This document shows, one piece after another, positions 36,791-49,510 of a stretch of DNA of 64,000 bases; positions within the stretch are counted from its first letter, which is position 1, and each line of letters starts with the position of its first letter. The stretch is from Octopus vulgaris (Eukaryota). The stretch is from contig OX597836.1 in the NCBI GenBank assembly GCA_951406725.2, forward strand, positions 45,198,001 through 45,262,000, given 5' to 3'. A program made the position numbers and the translations under genes. A model generated the notes under the pieces. That model was given only the letters and a program-made list of their open reading frames with translations, did no database searches and had not been told where the DNA came from.

Positions 36791-38971
36791 TAGTCAAAGG
36801 GAGCCCATAGAATAAGTACTAGGCTTACAAAGAATAAGTCCTGAGGTTGATTTCTTCGACTAAAATGCATTGAAAGCGGTGCTCCAGTATGGCTGCAGTC
36901 AAATTACTGAACCGTTGAAAAGGTTGCAAGACGTAATGAACATTTTAGAAAAAATAACTGAGTGGAAATCGAACCGGTGAGTGTGTTAAATAATAAAGCA
37001 CTAAAAGAGAATGAATGACTCTCCCCAGACACAATAAAATATGCTTCAACACACGAATTCACACAAAGAATCTTGCAAGCCAAATGGAAAAACGAAATAT
37101 ATATATATAGAATGGTTGTATACTGTCAATCTAACAAGAACGTGACAGTAGGGGGTACACCACCGTTGTATAGCCCTAGGAGGCATCGAACGCCTCCTGA
37201 CAGCTTCGACACATTTTTTCCCTGTGTCCTTACATACATATACGAAGGGGAGACAAACACCCCCGGCCGTCGGAACTGCATCTAGGGACACCGTGTTTCA
37301 GGATCATTGTCCTTCATCGGCCTAGAGTAGCAGACACCGGTCGGCTGGTGATATTTGCCTCGACTTCATAACTGTATATATGTATACTCAGTGAAGTTTA
37401 TTCACTGATTATCAAAATAAGAAATATTGAATTTCTAAATCTCTCGTAGAGACATGTAGAAGAAAAATAGAAGTTGAAAATGCACTGGGAATAGTTAAAA
37501 TCCTTTTTTTTTTCTATAGACAAACGACTCCTGTCCACTTTGCCAACAGGCAGATCCGCCTGGTGTGAGTGTGGACAGGAGTGGACACTGGTAACAGTAT
37601 CTATATAAAACCAACTTCCGGTCGACAGTTCTCTACTCGAAAACCATTATTATTGAGCCAGAAAACAGAGAGATCTAATGGATACAAATGAATTTATCGA
37701 TTAATTTATATACTCACCTACAATTGTTTCATTTCACAAACAAAACTAAAATTACAATGTTTTGTAATTTTAATTTCGCTTGTGAAATGAAACAATTGTA
37801 GGTGAATATGTTGATTAATTAATGAATTAATTTGTATTCCAGAATTGTTGTTGTTGTTGGCATCCTTTCGTCTCGGGAACAATGGAGTTGCGCATAAACT
37901 AATCCAGTTTGGTTTTTACATTTCATGTCCTCTCCAGTTTTGCGCACGCCTGGGCTAGATGTAAGAAAATCCTGGGTAGCCCAATCGTCAGGATTCCTCT
38001 CTCGACCTTGCTGACCTAGTGTCCAAAGGAGTGCAGAGCCTTACGTTTGGCACCAGCTTGGTTGCAGGAGTTGCCGGAAGAGTGTTGAGTCGAATACTAA
38101 ACCGCCTACGGGGCTCCAATCCGGATTTCTTTGAAGAAGGTTGTCTTCTTTCCGTAACCCTGGATAGGGAGCCGATACCGGGTACTGTCAGCCGGAGCCA
38201 GCTGAACCCGGGACTCGTGTCAGGCAGGGTCGTCGTCATTCCCTGAAGTAGTGAAGAAAATCGCTACTCACTACCTATTCTATCCCAGAATAAAAGAATA
38301 TATATATATAAACGATAAACATCACCCTTTTCAAGCCTTGCTAGGCTCATGGGCCCGGTTTCCCGGTTTCTGTGGCGTATGTGTTCCCCCCAGCTGGACG
38401 GGACGCCAGTCCATCGCAGCGTTACTCAAGAAACAGGAAGAGAGAGTGAGAGAAAGTTGCGGCGAAAGAGTACAACAGGAGTCGACCCCACCCCCTGCCG
38501 GAGCCTCGTGGAGCTTTTTTTTAGGTGTTTTCGCTCAATAAACACACACAACGCCTGGTCTGGGAATCGAAACCGCGATCCTCCGATCTCGAGTCCGCTG
38601 CCCTAACCACTGGGCCACTGCGCCTCCACACACACACACACATATCGGTTGACATTTTCGACCATGGGTTTTACAGTTGCTCCACAAACTCATCAACTAA
38701 AAACTAAATGAATTCACGTGTAAACGGTTGAGCTTTCCACAGAGACGCGTGAGCCTAATTCCCGGTGAGTGTGTTACATAATAAGGCACAAAAAGAAAAT
38801 GACTCTCCCCAGACAGGAGTGGCTGTGTGGTAAGTAGCTTGTTTACCAACCACATGGTTCCGGGTTCAGTCCCACTGCGTGGCATCTTGGGCAAGTGTCT
38901 TCTGCTGTAGCCCCGGGCCGACCAATGCCTTGTGAGTGGATTTGGTAGACGGAAACTGAAAGAAGCCTGTC

Positions 38972-39041
<70 letters not shown>

Positions 39042-39746
39042 TTGTGTGTCTGTGTTTGTCCCCCTAGCATTGCTTGACAACCGATGCTGGTGTGTTTATG
39101 TCCCCGTTACTTAGCGGTTCGGCAAAGAGACCGATAGAATAAGTACTGGGCTTACAAAAAGAATAAGTCCCGGGGTCGATTTGCTCGATTAAAGGCGGTG
39201 CTCCAGCATGGCCACAGTCAAACGACCGCAACAAGTAAAAGAGTAAAAAAGTAAAAGAGAGACAACCAGAATTCTCAAGTAGAATCAGCGTTACACGGCC
39301 TGACAAGAATGGTTTGATCGTCAAATTACAGCTACAATTTCCATGAATCCATTTTACTCACATCGACTCCTGGCCGTGCATTGCATCCTTGAGCAAGACA
39401 CTTTATTTCACTTTGCGCTCCAGTCCACTCAGCTGGCAAAAATGAGTCGTACCTGTAATTTCAAAGGGGACCCAGCCTTGTCGCATTCTGTGTCATGCTG
39501 AATTTCCCTGAGAAACCGCGTTAAGGCTACGCGCGTGTCTGTGGAGTACTCAGTCACTCAAACGCTAATTTCACGATCGGATCAACTCGTCGTCGTCGCA
39601 ATCGACGGAGGGCCATTTCAGTTTAATTTCACAACACTTTGCATTGAATTAGGTTTTAGTCAAAACACTTGCACAAATTGTTAAGCAATGGGATCGAATT
39701 CTGGGCTTTGTGATTGGAAAGTGAACGGTCAGATTACATCTGCTCA

Positions 39747-39747
<1 letters not shown>

Positions 39748-39797
<50 letters not shown>

Positions 39798-40180
39798 TAT
39801 TTCTTTATTTCTTTCATTCATTCATTCGTTCGTTCATTCATTCACTCATTCTTTCTTTCTTTCATTCATTCATTCTTTCATTCATTCATTCATTCATTCA
39901 TTCATTCATTCGTTCTTTCTTTCTTTCATTCATTCGTTCTTTCTTTCATTCATTCGTTCTTTCTTTCTTTCATTCATTTATTCATTAATTTTTCTTTCTT
40001 TCATTCGTTCATTAATTCTTTCTTTCATTCATTCATTCATTCATTCATTCATTCTTTCTTTCTTTCTTTCATTCTTTCTTTCTTTCATTCATTCTTTCTT
40101 TCTTTCTTTCATTCATTCATTAATTCTTTCTTTCTTTCATTCATTCATTCATTCATTCTTTCTTTCTTTCTTTCTCTTTC
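39748..40180. repeat. Compound (TTTC)n/(TTCA)n microsatellite
   Basis: Directly visible. Other long tracts: (TCTA)n 29867-29947 and 53219-53335; (CA)n-based 32250-32567 and 43571-43720; (TA)n 47689-47940 and many others; (GA)n/(GATA)n 49377-49507. Confidence 0.95.
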
Positions 40181-40641
40181 ACACACGCACATTTATAGAC
40201 ACACACCAAACATAAATACAAACACACAATACACGCATACGCACACACACACACACACACATAAGTACACATACAGATGTATACAGACCCCCCCCCACAA
40301 CAGGATTAGCGAACATCTACTCACAACACCAAACAGTGTTTCAATATTTCCTTTCACCACAGAATCCACGCCATGACAGCCACCATCCATTATTACTGGG
40401 GGATGTCTTTATCAAATGTCTCGAGTTGCTGATTTGTTTTAAGCCGAAACTTTTACGACTGGAAACACAACACTTTAAGTAAAAATGGCTGCCGACAACA
40501 CTAAACTTCTGAAATAATAAAGAAATATTACTTATATACAACTCTGTCTCTCACTCTTATTCTCTCACGCTGGTTCTCTCTCTCCCTCTCTCTCTCTCTC
40601 ACACACACACACATATATTTGTATCCATGTGCGCATGTGTG

Positions 40642-40683
<42 letters not shown>

Positions 40684-41095
40684 AATAAAATCAAAAACAG
40701 AACACAAAGGATATCGCGGTACACGTGTTTCAAGCTTTAAAAACGACCCCTTTCTTACATCAGTGTATAATTGATATAAAAGATGGTTTAAAGCTCTCTT
40801 CAGCCACAAACATTGTTATTCCAAAGAGTTACATCACACTATAAAAAATATGAAAAGTACATGTAGTATTACCCATTATATATATATACGAGTAAAACGC
40901 GCCCCAATCCAATCGATGGTGCTGAGTTGTCAAACATTTAAGCCAAATTATCTCAAAACAACTTGTCCGACCGTCCCATAGGCCTCCCCTTTGTGAAACA
41001 CTGATTTAATCTAAATTTGAGACACCAGCAAAAGAAAGACTTTTTTCTATTCCAAAGAAAAACGATTTTATTCACACAGATATGCAACCGAAGAG

Positions 41096-41644
41096 TTGAG
41101 TTGTCCGGAAAGTTCGTACCGATTTTTAAAGGAAAGAAAAAGGTCAATAAATACTTGCCATTACATTTTTAATCAACAAAATATGAACCATTTTCTTGCA
41201 CAATGCGTCTCCATCTTTCCTTTAACTTGAAAATACCCTCTTCTCAGAATTGAGCTGGTTTCATGGCAAATAATTCATCAAGGTATCTTTTTACATCATC
41301 CAAGGAATTGAAATTTTTACCATTAAGACTATTCTGCAGAGACCTGAATAAGTGGAAATCCGAAGGAGCAATATCTGGTGTATATGGAGGATGGGGTAAC
41401 ACATCCCAGCCGAGCTGCAGCAATTTTTGTTTGGTTCTCAAAGCATCAAGTGCCGAAAATGAACTTTCATAGCTTCCATTTTAAAGGGTTACAGAATTAA
41501 CACAGGTTATAGGAACATAAACCTTCTTCCACGAAAAGATAGCTTAAACTGTGCTCTAAATGGAGGTGTAGTAAAATCCTATTTTACGGACTCAATCTTG
41601 TTCTAAAATAATTCGAATCGGCACGAACTTTCCGGACAACCCAA
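41096..41644 (-). mobile_element. Internally deleted mariner element
   Basis: TIRs TTGAGTTGTCCGGAAAGTTCGTACCGATT / AATCGGCACGAACTTTCCGGACAACCCAA. Peptide LGWDVLPHPPYTPDIAPSDFHLFRSLQN is the mariner YSPDLAP-D motif. Confidence 0.9.
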
Positions 41645-41654
41645 TAGTTGTGAT

Positions 41655-42266
41655 GGAAAGCAGAGCGAGGATCGTTCAGCTTAGTAGGCTGAAATGGTCA
41701 TATAAAGCTATTTCAAACGAATTTGGATACTCTAAAAGCCGTCTACAATGCTGTTCACCTTCGTAAAGAAACCAATGGTTATAGAGGCCGCTCTTGACCT
41801 AGCCCCCCCCCCCCACAAAGAAAAAACAACGGCAGAAATGGATAGACACATTCGTAGACTGTCCCTAAAAAAAAAAAAAACGGAAAATGTTCGCTGTTGA
41901 TATTTTAAAATAAATTCGGCAAAATATAAACTTACCATTGGAGTGTCCACCATAAAAAAACGTCTCAAAGAATTTGGATTTCTAAGAAGAGTTTCTCTTT
42001 CCAAAAGCGATAGATTTCTTTAAAAAAATCGACGTGCCCGAATACAGTACACAAAGGAACATTTGAATTGGAGTCCAGCAGATTGGTCGAATGTGTTGTG
42101 GTCGGACGAGTCAAAGTTCAACTTGTTCGGCAGTGATGGCAGAAAGTATGTAAGAAGGCATATGGCCGAAGAATATCATCCAGAATGCATCCGACCTTCA
42201 ACTAAGCACGGTGGTGGAAGTTTTATGTCTGGAAAAGGTGTGGGTCCTATAATCCGAATCAAAGGC

Positions 42267-42268
<2 letters not shown>
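41655..42268 (+). mobile_element. Tc1-family transposase remnant
   Basis: WSNVLWSDESKFNLFGSDGRKYVRR...KHGGGS contains the first catalytic Asp motif. Upstream frames are broken. Confidence 0.85.
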
Positions 42269-42315
<47 letters not shown>

Positions 42316-42548
42316 CAATTTATAAGGTTAAAGCTTATAAGCGATCACCGTGCATTGACTAAAGTAAATAGTCTAATATTGGGGCATATAAGACCTCCAC
42401 GGAAAAGATTGGGGTTACGGCAACCCCTATTCTTTTCCGTCGAGACTATTAGTCAATGCACGGTTATCACTTTTATGCTTTAAGCTTATAAAATATCATT
42501 AATATTACTTATAGATTGTAAAATTCGGAACCGCTTACCAAATAATCG

Positions 42549-42593
<45 letters not shown>

Positions 42594-42853
42594 TTTTGCT
42601 TCGGCTTTTTTTTCCATCGGCGCATGTAGGTATTTCATTTATTTCTATTCGTATTTTCTACTGACGAGGAAAAAATCTATTATGAGATTAATTCCGAACT
42701 TTAAAAAAAAATTCTATTGGCTGGCTTTCCTCGATTTCAGCACAACATATTTCTGTAGCTGGTATATAATATGTGGAAATTGACGATTTAAAAGTCTGTT
42801 ATTAGCATATTGGCATACAAATTAATTTTCTTTTGCCCTTGTTTATAAGTTGT

Positions 42854-42909
<56 letters not shown>

Positions 42910-42929
42910 TATATATATATATGTATATA

Positions 42930-42976
<47 letters not shown>

Positions 42977-43353
42977 CATATTTCACAAAATGTTTTCGAA
43001 ACAAAATTTTCTCAGCCATTTAAAAAAAAAATGTATATATGATTTATATCATATATGAAAAAGGCTACAAGCGAAGCAGGACAGCTTCCAGAAAATGGCT
43101 CATCTTTCAACAGAGAAAAAAAAAAGCCCTCACAACTACGATTTAAAAGCAGAGACGTCAAAAGAAGAAAAAAAACAGAAATGTGAGATGCGAAGGTAAT
43201 ATTTTAAAATGGATTGAGCAGAAATAGTAAAAATAAAGTACAAACGTGAAGAGCAAACATGATCGATTCATTAAGTACCCACCACAAACTAATGCTTATA
43301 TAATATTCCGACAAAATCTTCCTAGTAAAAGTTATCTTATATACATATACATG

Positions 43354-43569
43354 CGAGATGGGGCTGAAAAGTTCCTGGTTTTGGGTAAAAGAGGATACAG
43401 GCGGATCAGTTGATTATGATTCTGTTCAATATTCCCCTCTCAGATTCACATATTTTTTTGCAATGGTCCTTCAGTTTTTCGAAGCCCTGTAAAAGAACTC
43501 AGAAGGCTGGGCCTCCAACCAGGCCTTTTGCGATACCCTTAAAACCAAGGACTTTTCAGCACCACCTCG
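43354..43569. mobile_element. mariner-type MITE
   Basis: cgagatggggctgaaaagttcctggttt ... aaaccaaggacttttcagcaccacctcg-TA imperfect TIRs. Confidence 0.65.
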
Positions 43570-44074
43570 TACACACACACAAACACACACACACACAGAC
43601 ACAGACACACACGCACACACACACACAGACACAGACACACACGCACACGCACACACACACATGTACACGCACACACACACACGCACACACACAGACACAG
43701 ACACAGACACACACGCACACACTTTATATATTTACGAAGGGCTTCTTTCAGATTCCGTCTACCGAATCCACTCCCAAGGCTTCGCTCGGCTCGAGGCTAT
43801 AGCAGAAGACATATGTCCAAGATACCACGCAGTGGGACTGAACCCCGGAACCATGTGGTCAAGAAGCAAGCTTCTTACCACAAAGCCAAGCCTGCGCCCA
43901 TATTTTACTTATACATTATGCAACGTCTGAATTATAATCCAATATCAGTAAGAAAGAGGAACTCGAAAGTCTGTGTGGGACCACAGACAGTGAGGTGATG
44001 GGGTAACAACATTATGTTCGATATTTGTGACAGTTTCACAGAAGTTTGTGATAAGATAGCAAAATAATTATTGT

Positions 44075-44360
44075 GGAGGCACATGGCCTAGTGGTTAGAG
44101 CAGCGGACTCGCGGTCGAGGGATCGCGGGTTCGAATCTCAAACCGGGCGATGTGTGTGTTTATGACCGAAAACATCTAAGCTCCACGCGGCTCCATCAGA
44201 AAGTAAAGGCGAAACTTCTGCTGACTCTTTCGCCACAACTTTCTCTCACTCTTTCCTCCTGCATTTTGCGGCTCACCTGCGACGGACCGGCGTCCCGTCC
44301 AGGTGGGGAACCTATACGCCAAGGAAACCGGGAAACCAGGCATGGCTCGAGAAGGAACAA
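44075..44360 (+). mobile_element. tRNA-derived SINE family C
   Basis: GGAGGCACATGGCCTAGTGGTTAGAGCAGCGGACTCG...GGTTCGAATC head followed by a non-tRNA body. Related copies at ~38320-38628(-) and 61395-61700(-); another tRNA-headed SINE at ~56612-56945. Confidence 0.8.
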
Positions 44361-44731
44361 CACAAAAAAACAAAATAATTGTTGTGAGGTGTTTTCTACC
44401 TGTTAGTTCTGATGAATGTTTCATTCGACTAATTCATTCTCGTTCCAAAGATCTTGGGCATCATCGGAGTTGACTGCTGACATGGAAGACCAACAATCAA
44501 ACGCATTTGAGCAGGAGAGCCTACATATATCGGACAATCATAAAAGAGGCGATAAAGAAGTCAAATATATTTCATGTCCCGATGGCAAGGTTGTGATGGT
44601 CTAGAAACATCGATAAGGGATACAGGAACTTATATTGTCTCAAACAAGCAAAGAAAGAAAAAAGCACGGAAGTATGCATAATCGTTATTAAGAAACTGGA
44701 ATATAATCGTATATTTAATACCATACTCCCC

Positions 44732-44766
<35 letters not shown>

Positions 44767-45079
44767 ATCCAAACATGAAAACACAAAGAGAAAACACAAC
44801 AACACAAGGACGTGGAACAAGAATAGTATTATTGGACGCTCAGGAAAGAAGGAAAGAAGGGGGGGGGTTTAACGTTTCGAGCGGAGCTCTTCGTCAGAAA
44901 CATAGGAAAAGGAAAGACCCAAGGAAGGGAAGACGGAGGGAAAAAATATATATGTGTATAATTTAAAATAATGAGGGTGAGAAATTAGATATTAATTTAA
45001 CACCAGTGGTCTAGCATATTAAAATCTGAAGGTTCAGTAAATTGTATTATATGCATAATGAGTGGTCATCCGTCTCATA

Positions 45080-45112
<33 letters not shown>

Positions 45113-46704
45113 TCATCAAAGTAAGTACCTTTACAATGAGGATTCTAAGACACCCTAATGGGTGCCTTAACTCCAAAATTTTAGTAATTTCTTTTATGAT
45201 CCAAAACTAAGTCAAAATTACTGCAAGGATCTTTACGAAATTTGGAAATTATATTCTATGCATAAAGGCCACAACCCCCATGACAATTCATATATTTTTG
45301 CTGTTGATGAAATTTTAACCATAGATATTAGACACAAATGAAGTAATATTTATAAAATTTCATCTTCTTACAAGTTAGAAAGACCCCTTCATGGGGACTT
45401 AACACCCGCAATTTTGTCATTTTATCTAAGCAAAGACGAATAGTTGTACTCTTGGAAGCTGTGGAGTCATCCGAGCATAGAAGATGAGCATTATTTGTAA
45501 TTCAATGGTACAACAGTGTAAGAGTTTGCTTTGATATACACTTACATTGTGATTTCTGCAATGTGGTGCATAAATTGTCAAGAAAATGAGAGGCATCTTT
45601 GACTCCACTGATTCAGTTGCAAAGTGTTGAGTAAAGTTATTTGATTGCAGACCTCCTTTCAGTCTTTTTATTATCATTGGGTAATCATTGGGTTACCCAG
45701 ATGGTAACATTGATTTCAAGGCCTTCTCAGACGAGTGACTGGTTATTCAAAGACATTTCTAGATTGTATTTTTATTCTGTCCAGTTACGTATCAGTATAG
45801 TGGTCATTTGCAAACTCCAGATGTGACACTTTAATTTCTCCTTAGCCCTCACATCACACAGTTGTTAATATTTATTTCAGTTGGGTCACGCCATTCCAAT
45901 TGCTATAGATTCGTAATGCATCTTACGGCTGTGCCTGTCACCTGCATGGTGAGCAATACTACATTGGGAGTGGTAACAACTAGCTCACCATTCGTCAACT
46001 TATTGTGACCATTCGTCTTTTGGTTTCCTGTAGCTTTGCTCTCTTTTACAAACCCAGTGAACATATATTTCCGATTTCAAAGAAGTTCAAACGATATAGG
46101 ACCCGAGTTAAAAAGATTCTCAACAATTCAACTTCTCTGGTTGACATTAAGACGCCCACTACCTATAGGGGTCTTAACTCTCACATTTTAGAGCTCCATG
46201 ACCTCCATTTTTCAGGAGCAAAATCCTTTTAACAGGTTCTATAAGACTGGAATTTTGGAATATGCGCATAAAAATCAGTAGTATGGGATACATGTGGCAC
46301 GATTACAATTTATTTTTAGGGTGTGTAAAGAGGGAAATAACCCTCATCTGCAATTTTGAGGAAATTCGAAACATAGGCATTCCAGTTCATTACAGAAAAT
46401 ATAACAGAAAAGTCTAATTCTTCAAGTGTATGTAACTCGGGCAACGCCGGGTAACTCTGCTAGTATATATATATATATATATATATATATGCATACACTC
46501 ACGCGCGCACACACACACGCACACACACACATACACACACACACACACACACTAATAATATTTTATAAGCTTAAACCTGATAAGCGATCATCGTACACGT
46601 ACGGAAAACCCACTTTTTTCTGTCGAGGGCTTATATGCTTCAATGTTACGTTATTTCCTGTAGTCAATGCACGGTGATCGCTGGTAAGCTTTAAGCTTAT
46701 AAAA

Positions 46705-46740
<36 letters not shown>

Positions 46741-46863
46741 CATTATTATTATTATTATTATTATCATTATTATTATTATTATTATTATTATTTACAGAAT
46801 TGTAAAATTTGGCACCGCTTTTAGAAAATATCACAGAAAGCGTACACACGCACGCACACACAC

Positions 46864-46899
<36 letters not shown>

Positions 46900-47685
46900 T
46901 CACACACACACACGCACACACACACACATACACACACAAAGGCACATACATATACAGCATCTGGTTAGCGGTCGCTCCGAACTGAATTGGTGTGTTTACC
47001 TCTTTTTGTCTACAGTGAGAATTTTTCTCTATGACAAAATGTAGCAAATGACATTCTTATAGGTTTTCGAATATATCTCAGACATATTTGAAGTGGTTCC
47101 AAGTATATATTTATATAACTCGATTCGTCTTAGTCGAAAGACACTTGTTGTTATTTTCTTGTTGTTTGTGTTTGTAATTGAGTAACATGTTCTCCGTTTT
47201 TTTTGTCTTTACTGTCATACACATTCACTTGCTTTCGACCCACCCCAAATTTAATGCTCTTAGCTTAGATTTTCGGGGGCAGCCAGATATAAACAGTCTC
47301 AAGTGTAACTGTCCGAAACTGTAAGGATAATTTGGTAATTTGACTGATGAGAGGAGGAAGTGAATGACCCGTCCTTGTTTTTCCATGTCCGTCTTTTTAT
47401 TGTCGTCTGTTGCGTTCTTGTTCCCTTTTTCGATTTTTATTGTCATACATGCACACACACATACATACATACGTACATACATATATATGTATATGTATAC
47501 ACACAGAGGAGGGGAATCTGTTGGTTGGTGGGTCATCTCCTGAATTCTTTTACAGGGCTTAGAAAAACTGAAGGACTGCTGTAATAAGTGTGTGAGTCTG
47601 AGAGGGAAATATGTTGATTAAAATCATAATTAACTGATCCTTCTGTATTTTCTTTTACTCAAAGCCAGGAACTTTCCAGCGCTCC

Positions 47686-47782
<97 letters not shown>

Positions 47783-48278
47783 ATATATATAAATATGTAT
47801 ATGTATATATATATATACATACATACATACATATATATATATACACATATATATATGCATATATTTATGCATATATTTATACATATATATATGTATATAT
47901 ATGTATATATATATGTATATATATATGTATATATATATATGTATAATAGAAATATTAAAATTACTAAGTCTCTATATATATAAAATTTAATAAGGGTAGA
48001 AATTGATATTAATCAATTAAAACCAGTGGCTTAGCATATTAAAAAATCCGAAGATTAAAATATTTTTACATACAAAATTTAAAGGACTGACCACTAAAAG
48101 TGGACGGTCAACATGCTAGATATAGACGTCAAATCGCTATTTTCCACAAAGAACATGTTCTCAAATAAAAAAAAACTCAGCACAAACCAAAGCATTAAAA
48201 ACAAGGAAGACAAATGAAAATATACGAAATAAAAATGATTACCTATGTACCGATCAGTTTCGATTGTTAATATCCACG

Positions 48279-48333
<55 letters not shown>

Positions 48334-48754
48334 ACAGAAAAGAGGAATTTCGATTATCCCCACGTGGTGAGTTGTAATGTATATAAGAAATTAAAAAAGG
48401 AAAATACGCACACTTACATACTTTTAATATAATTTTTAATGTATCGACCGGTTTCGCAATCGCTATTCATGATATAATGTTTTATTTATATGAATATATA
48501 TATTTTTCTTAAGAAGAAATTTGGTCCATGTTGTTTGTAATGAAATTCACGAGTGAATGATTTTACAAGTTGACAAGTAAAGGGAGGTAATTGGTTGTTA
48601 TTATTGTTATTGTTGTGCGTAAGGGAGATAACTGTTTAGGTTTTGGGTGGGGAATAAATATGTGTACAGAAATGAGACAGGTTTAAAAAAAGGGGACCTT
48701 GTTTAGTAGGGGATTTATGTACAGTGATGTAATATGTAAAAATATAAAAGTTCG

Positions 48755-49170
48755 TTATGCGTGCATATTAAGACGCGTTTTGTATTTTTCAATGAAAAAA
48801 GTTTCTTTATTTAAGCGTTCTAGTTGAGAGATTGTGTCTTTGCACTGGTAGAAAGGGAAGACTGTAAAATTTGGTTTGATGTTACCTGCACATTTTTCTA
48901 TGTGTTCACTAAGAGGAATTTGTCTGTATTGCGGTAAACGGATTTGCTCCTTATGCAGAGTGATTCTCTTCCTCAAAGTTAAACTCGTTTGTCCAATGTA
49001 CTGATGACTGAAACCCGAGCAGGTTATTACATAAATTAGGTTCTCAGAGGTACGGGTGAAATTAGTTTTAATTGTGAACCTCTGTCCTTGTTTGAAAAGG
49101 AAATCCGAGCCTTCAAGCAGGTTGGGGCAGGTACCACAGTTCGGGGACCACACTTTTCAACCGTTGGTTT
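48755..49170 (-). mobile_element. Penelope-like GIY-YIG endonuclease fragment
   Basis: CGTC...NLIYVITC...QYIGQTSLTLRKRITLH...E.FFIEKYKT.LN, the Cys motif plus GIY-YIG arrangement of Penelope-like elements. Confidence 0.82.
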
Positions 49171-49283
<113 letters not shown>

Positions 49284-49391
49284 TGGATGGATGGATGGAT
49301 GGATGGATGGATTGCTTAGGTTTTAAGAATGAACATACAAAACTCTTGGTCATAACCACAAACGACATACTTTCACAGAGAGAGAGAGATT

Positions 49392-49510
<119 letters not shown>

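Noticed and set aside
39688-40376. Long ORFs of 175 and 220 aa, and many YI/HT/CV-repeat ORFs across the window
   Set aside because: They are translations of microsatellites and SINEs.
44075-44150. tRNA gene (also 56612 and 59259)
   Set aside because: The A/B boxes run into SINE bodies that recur in the window, and there is no proper acceptor stem.
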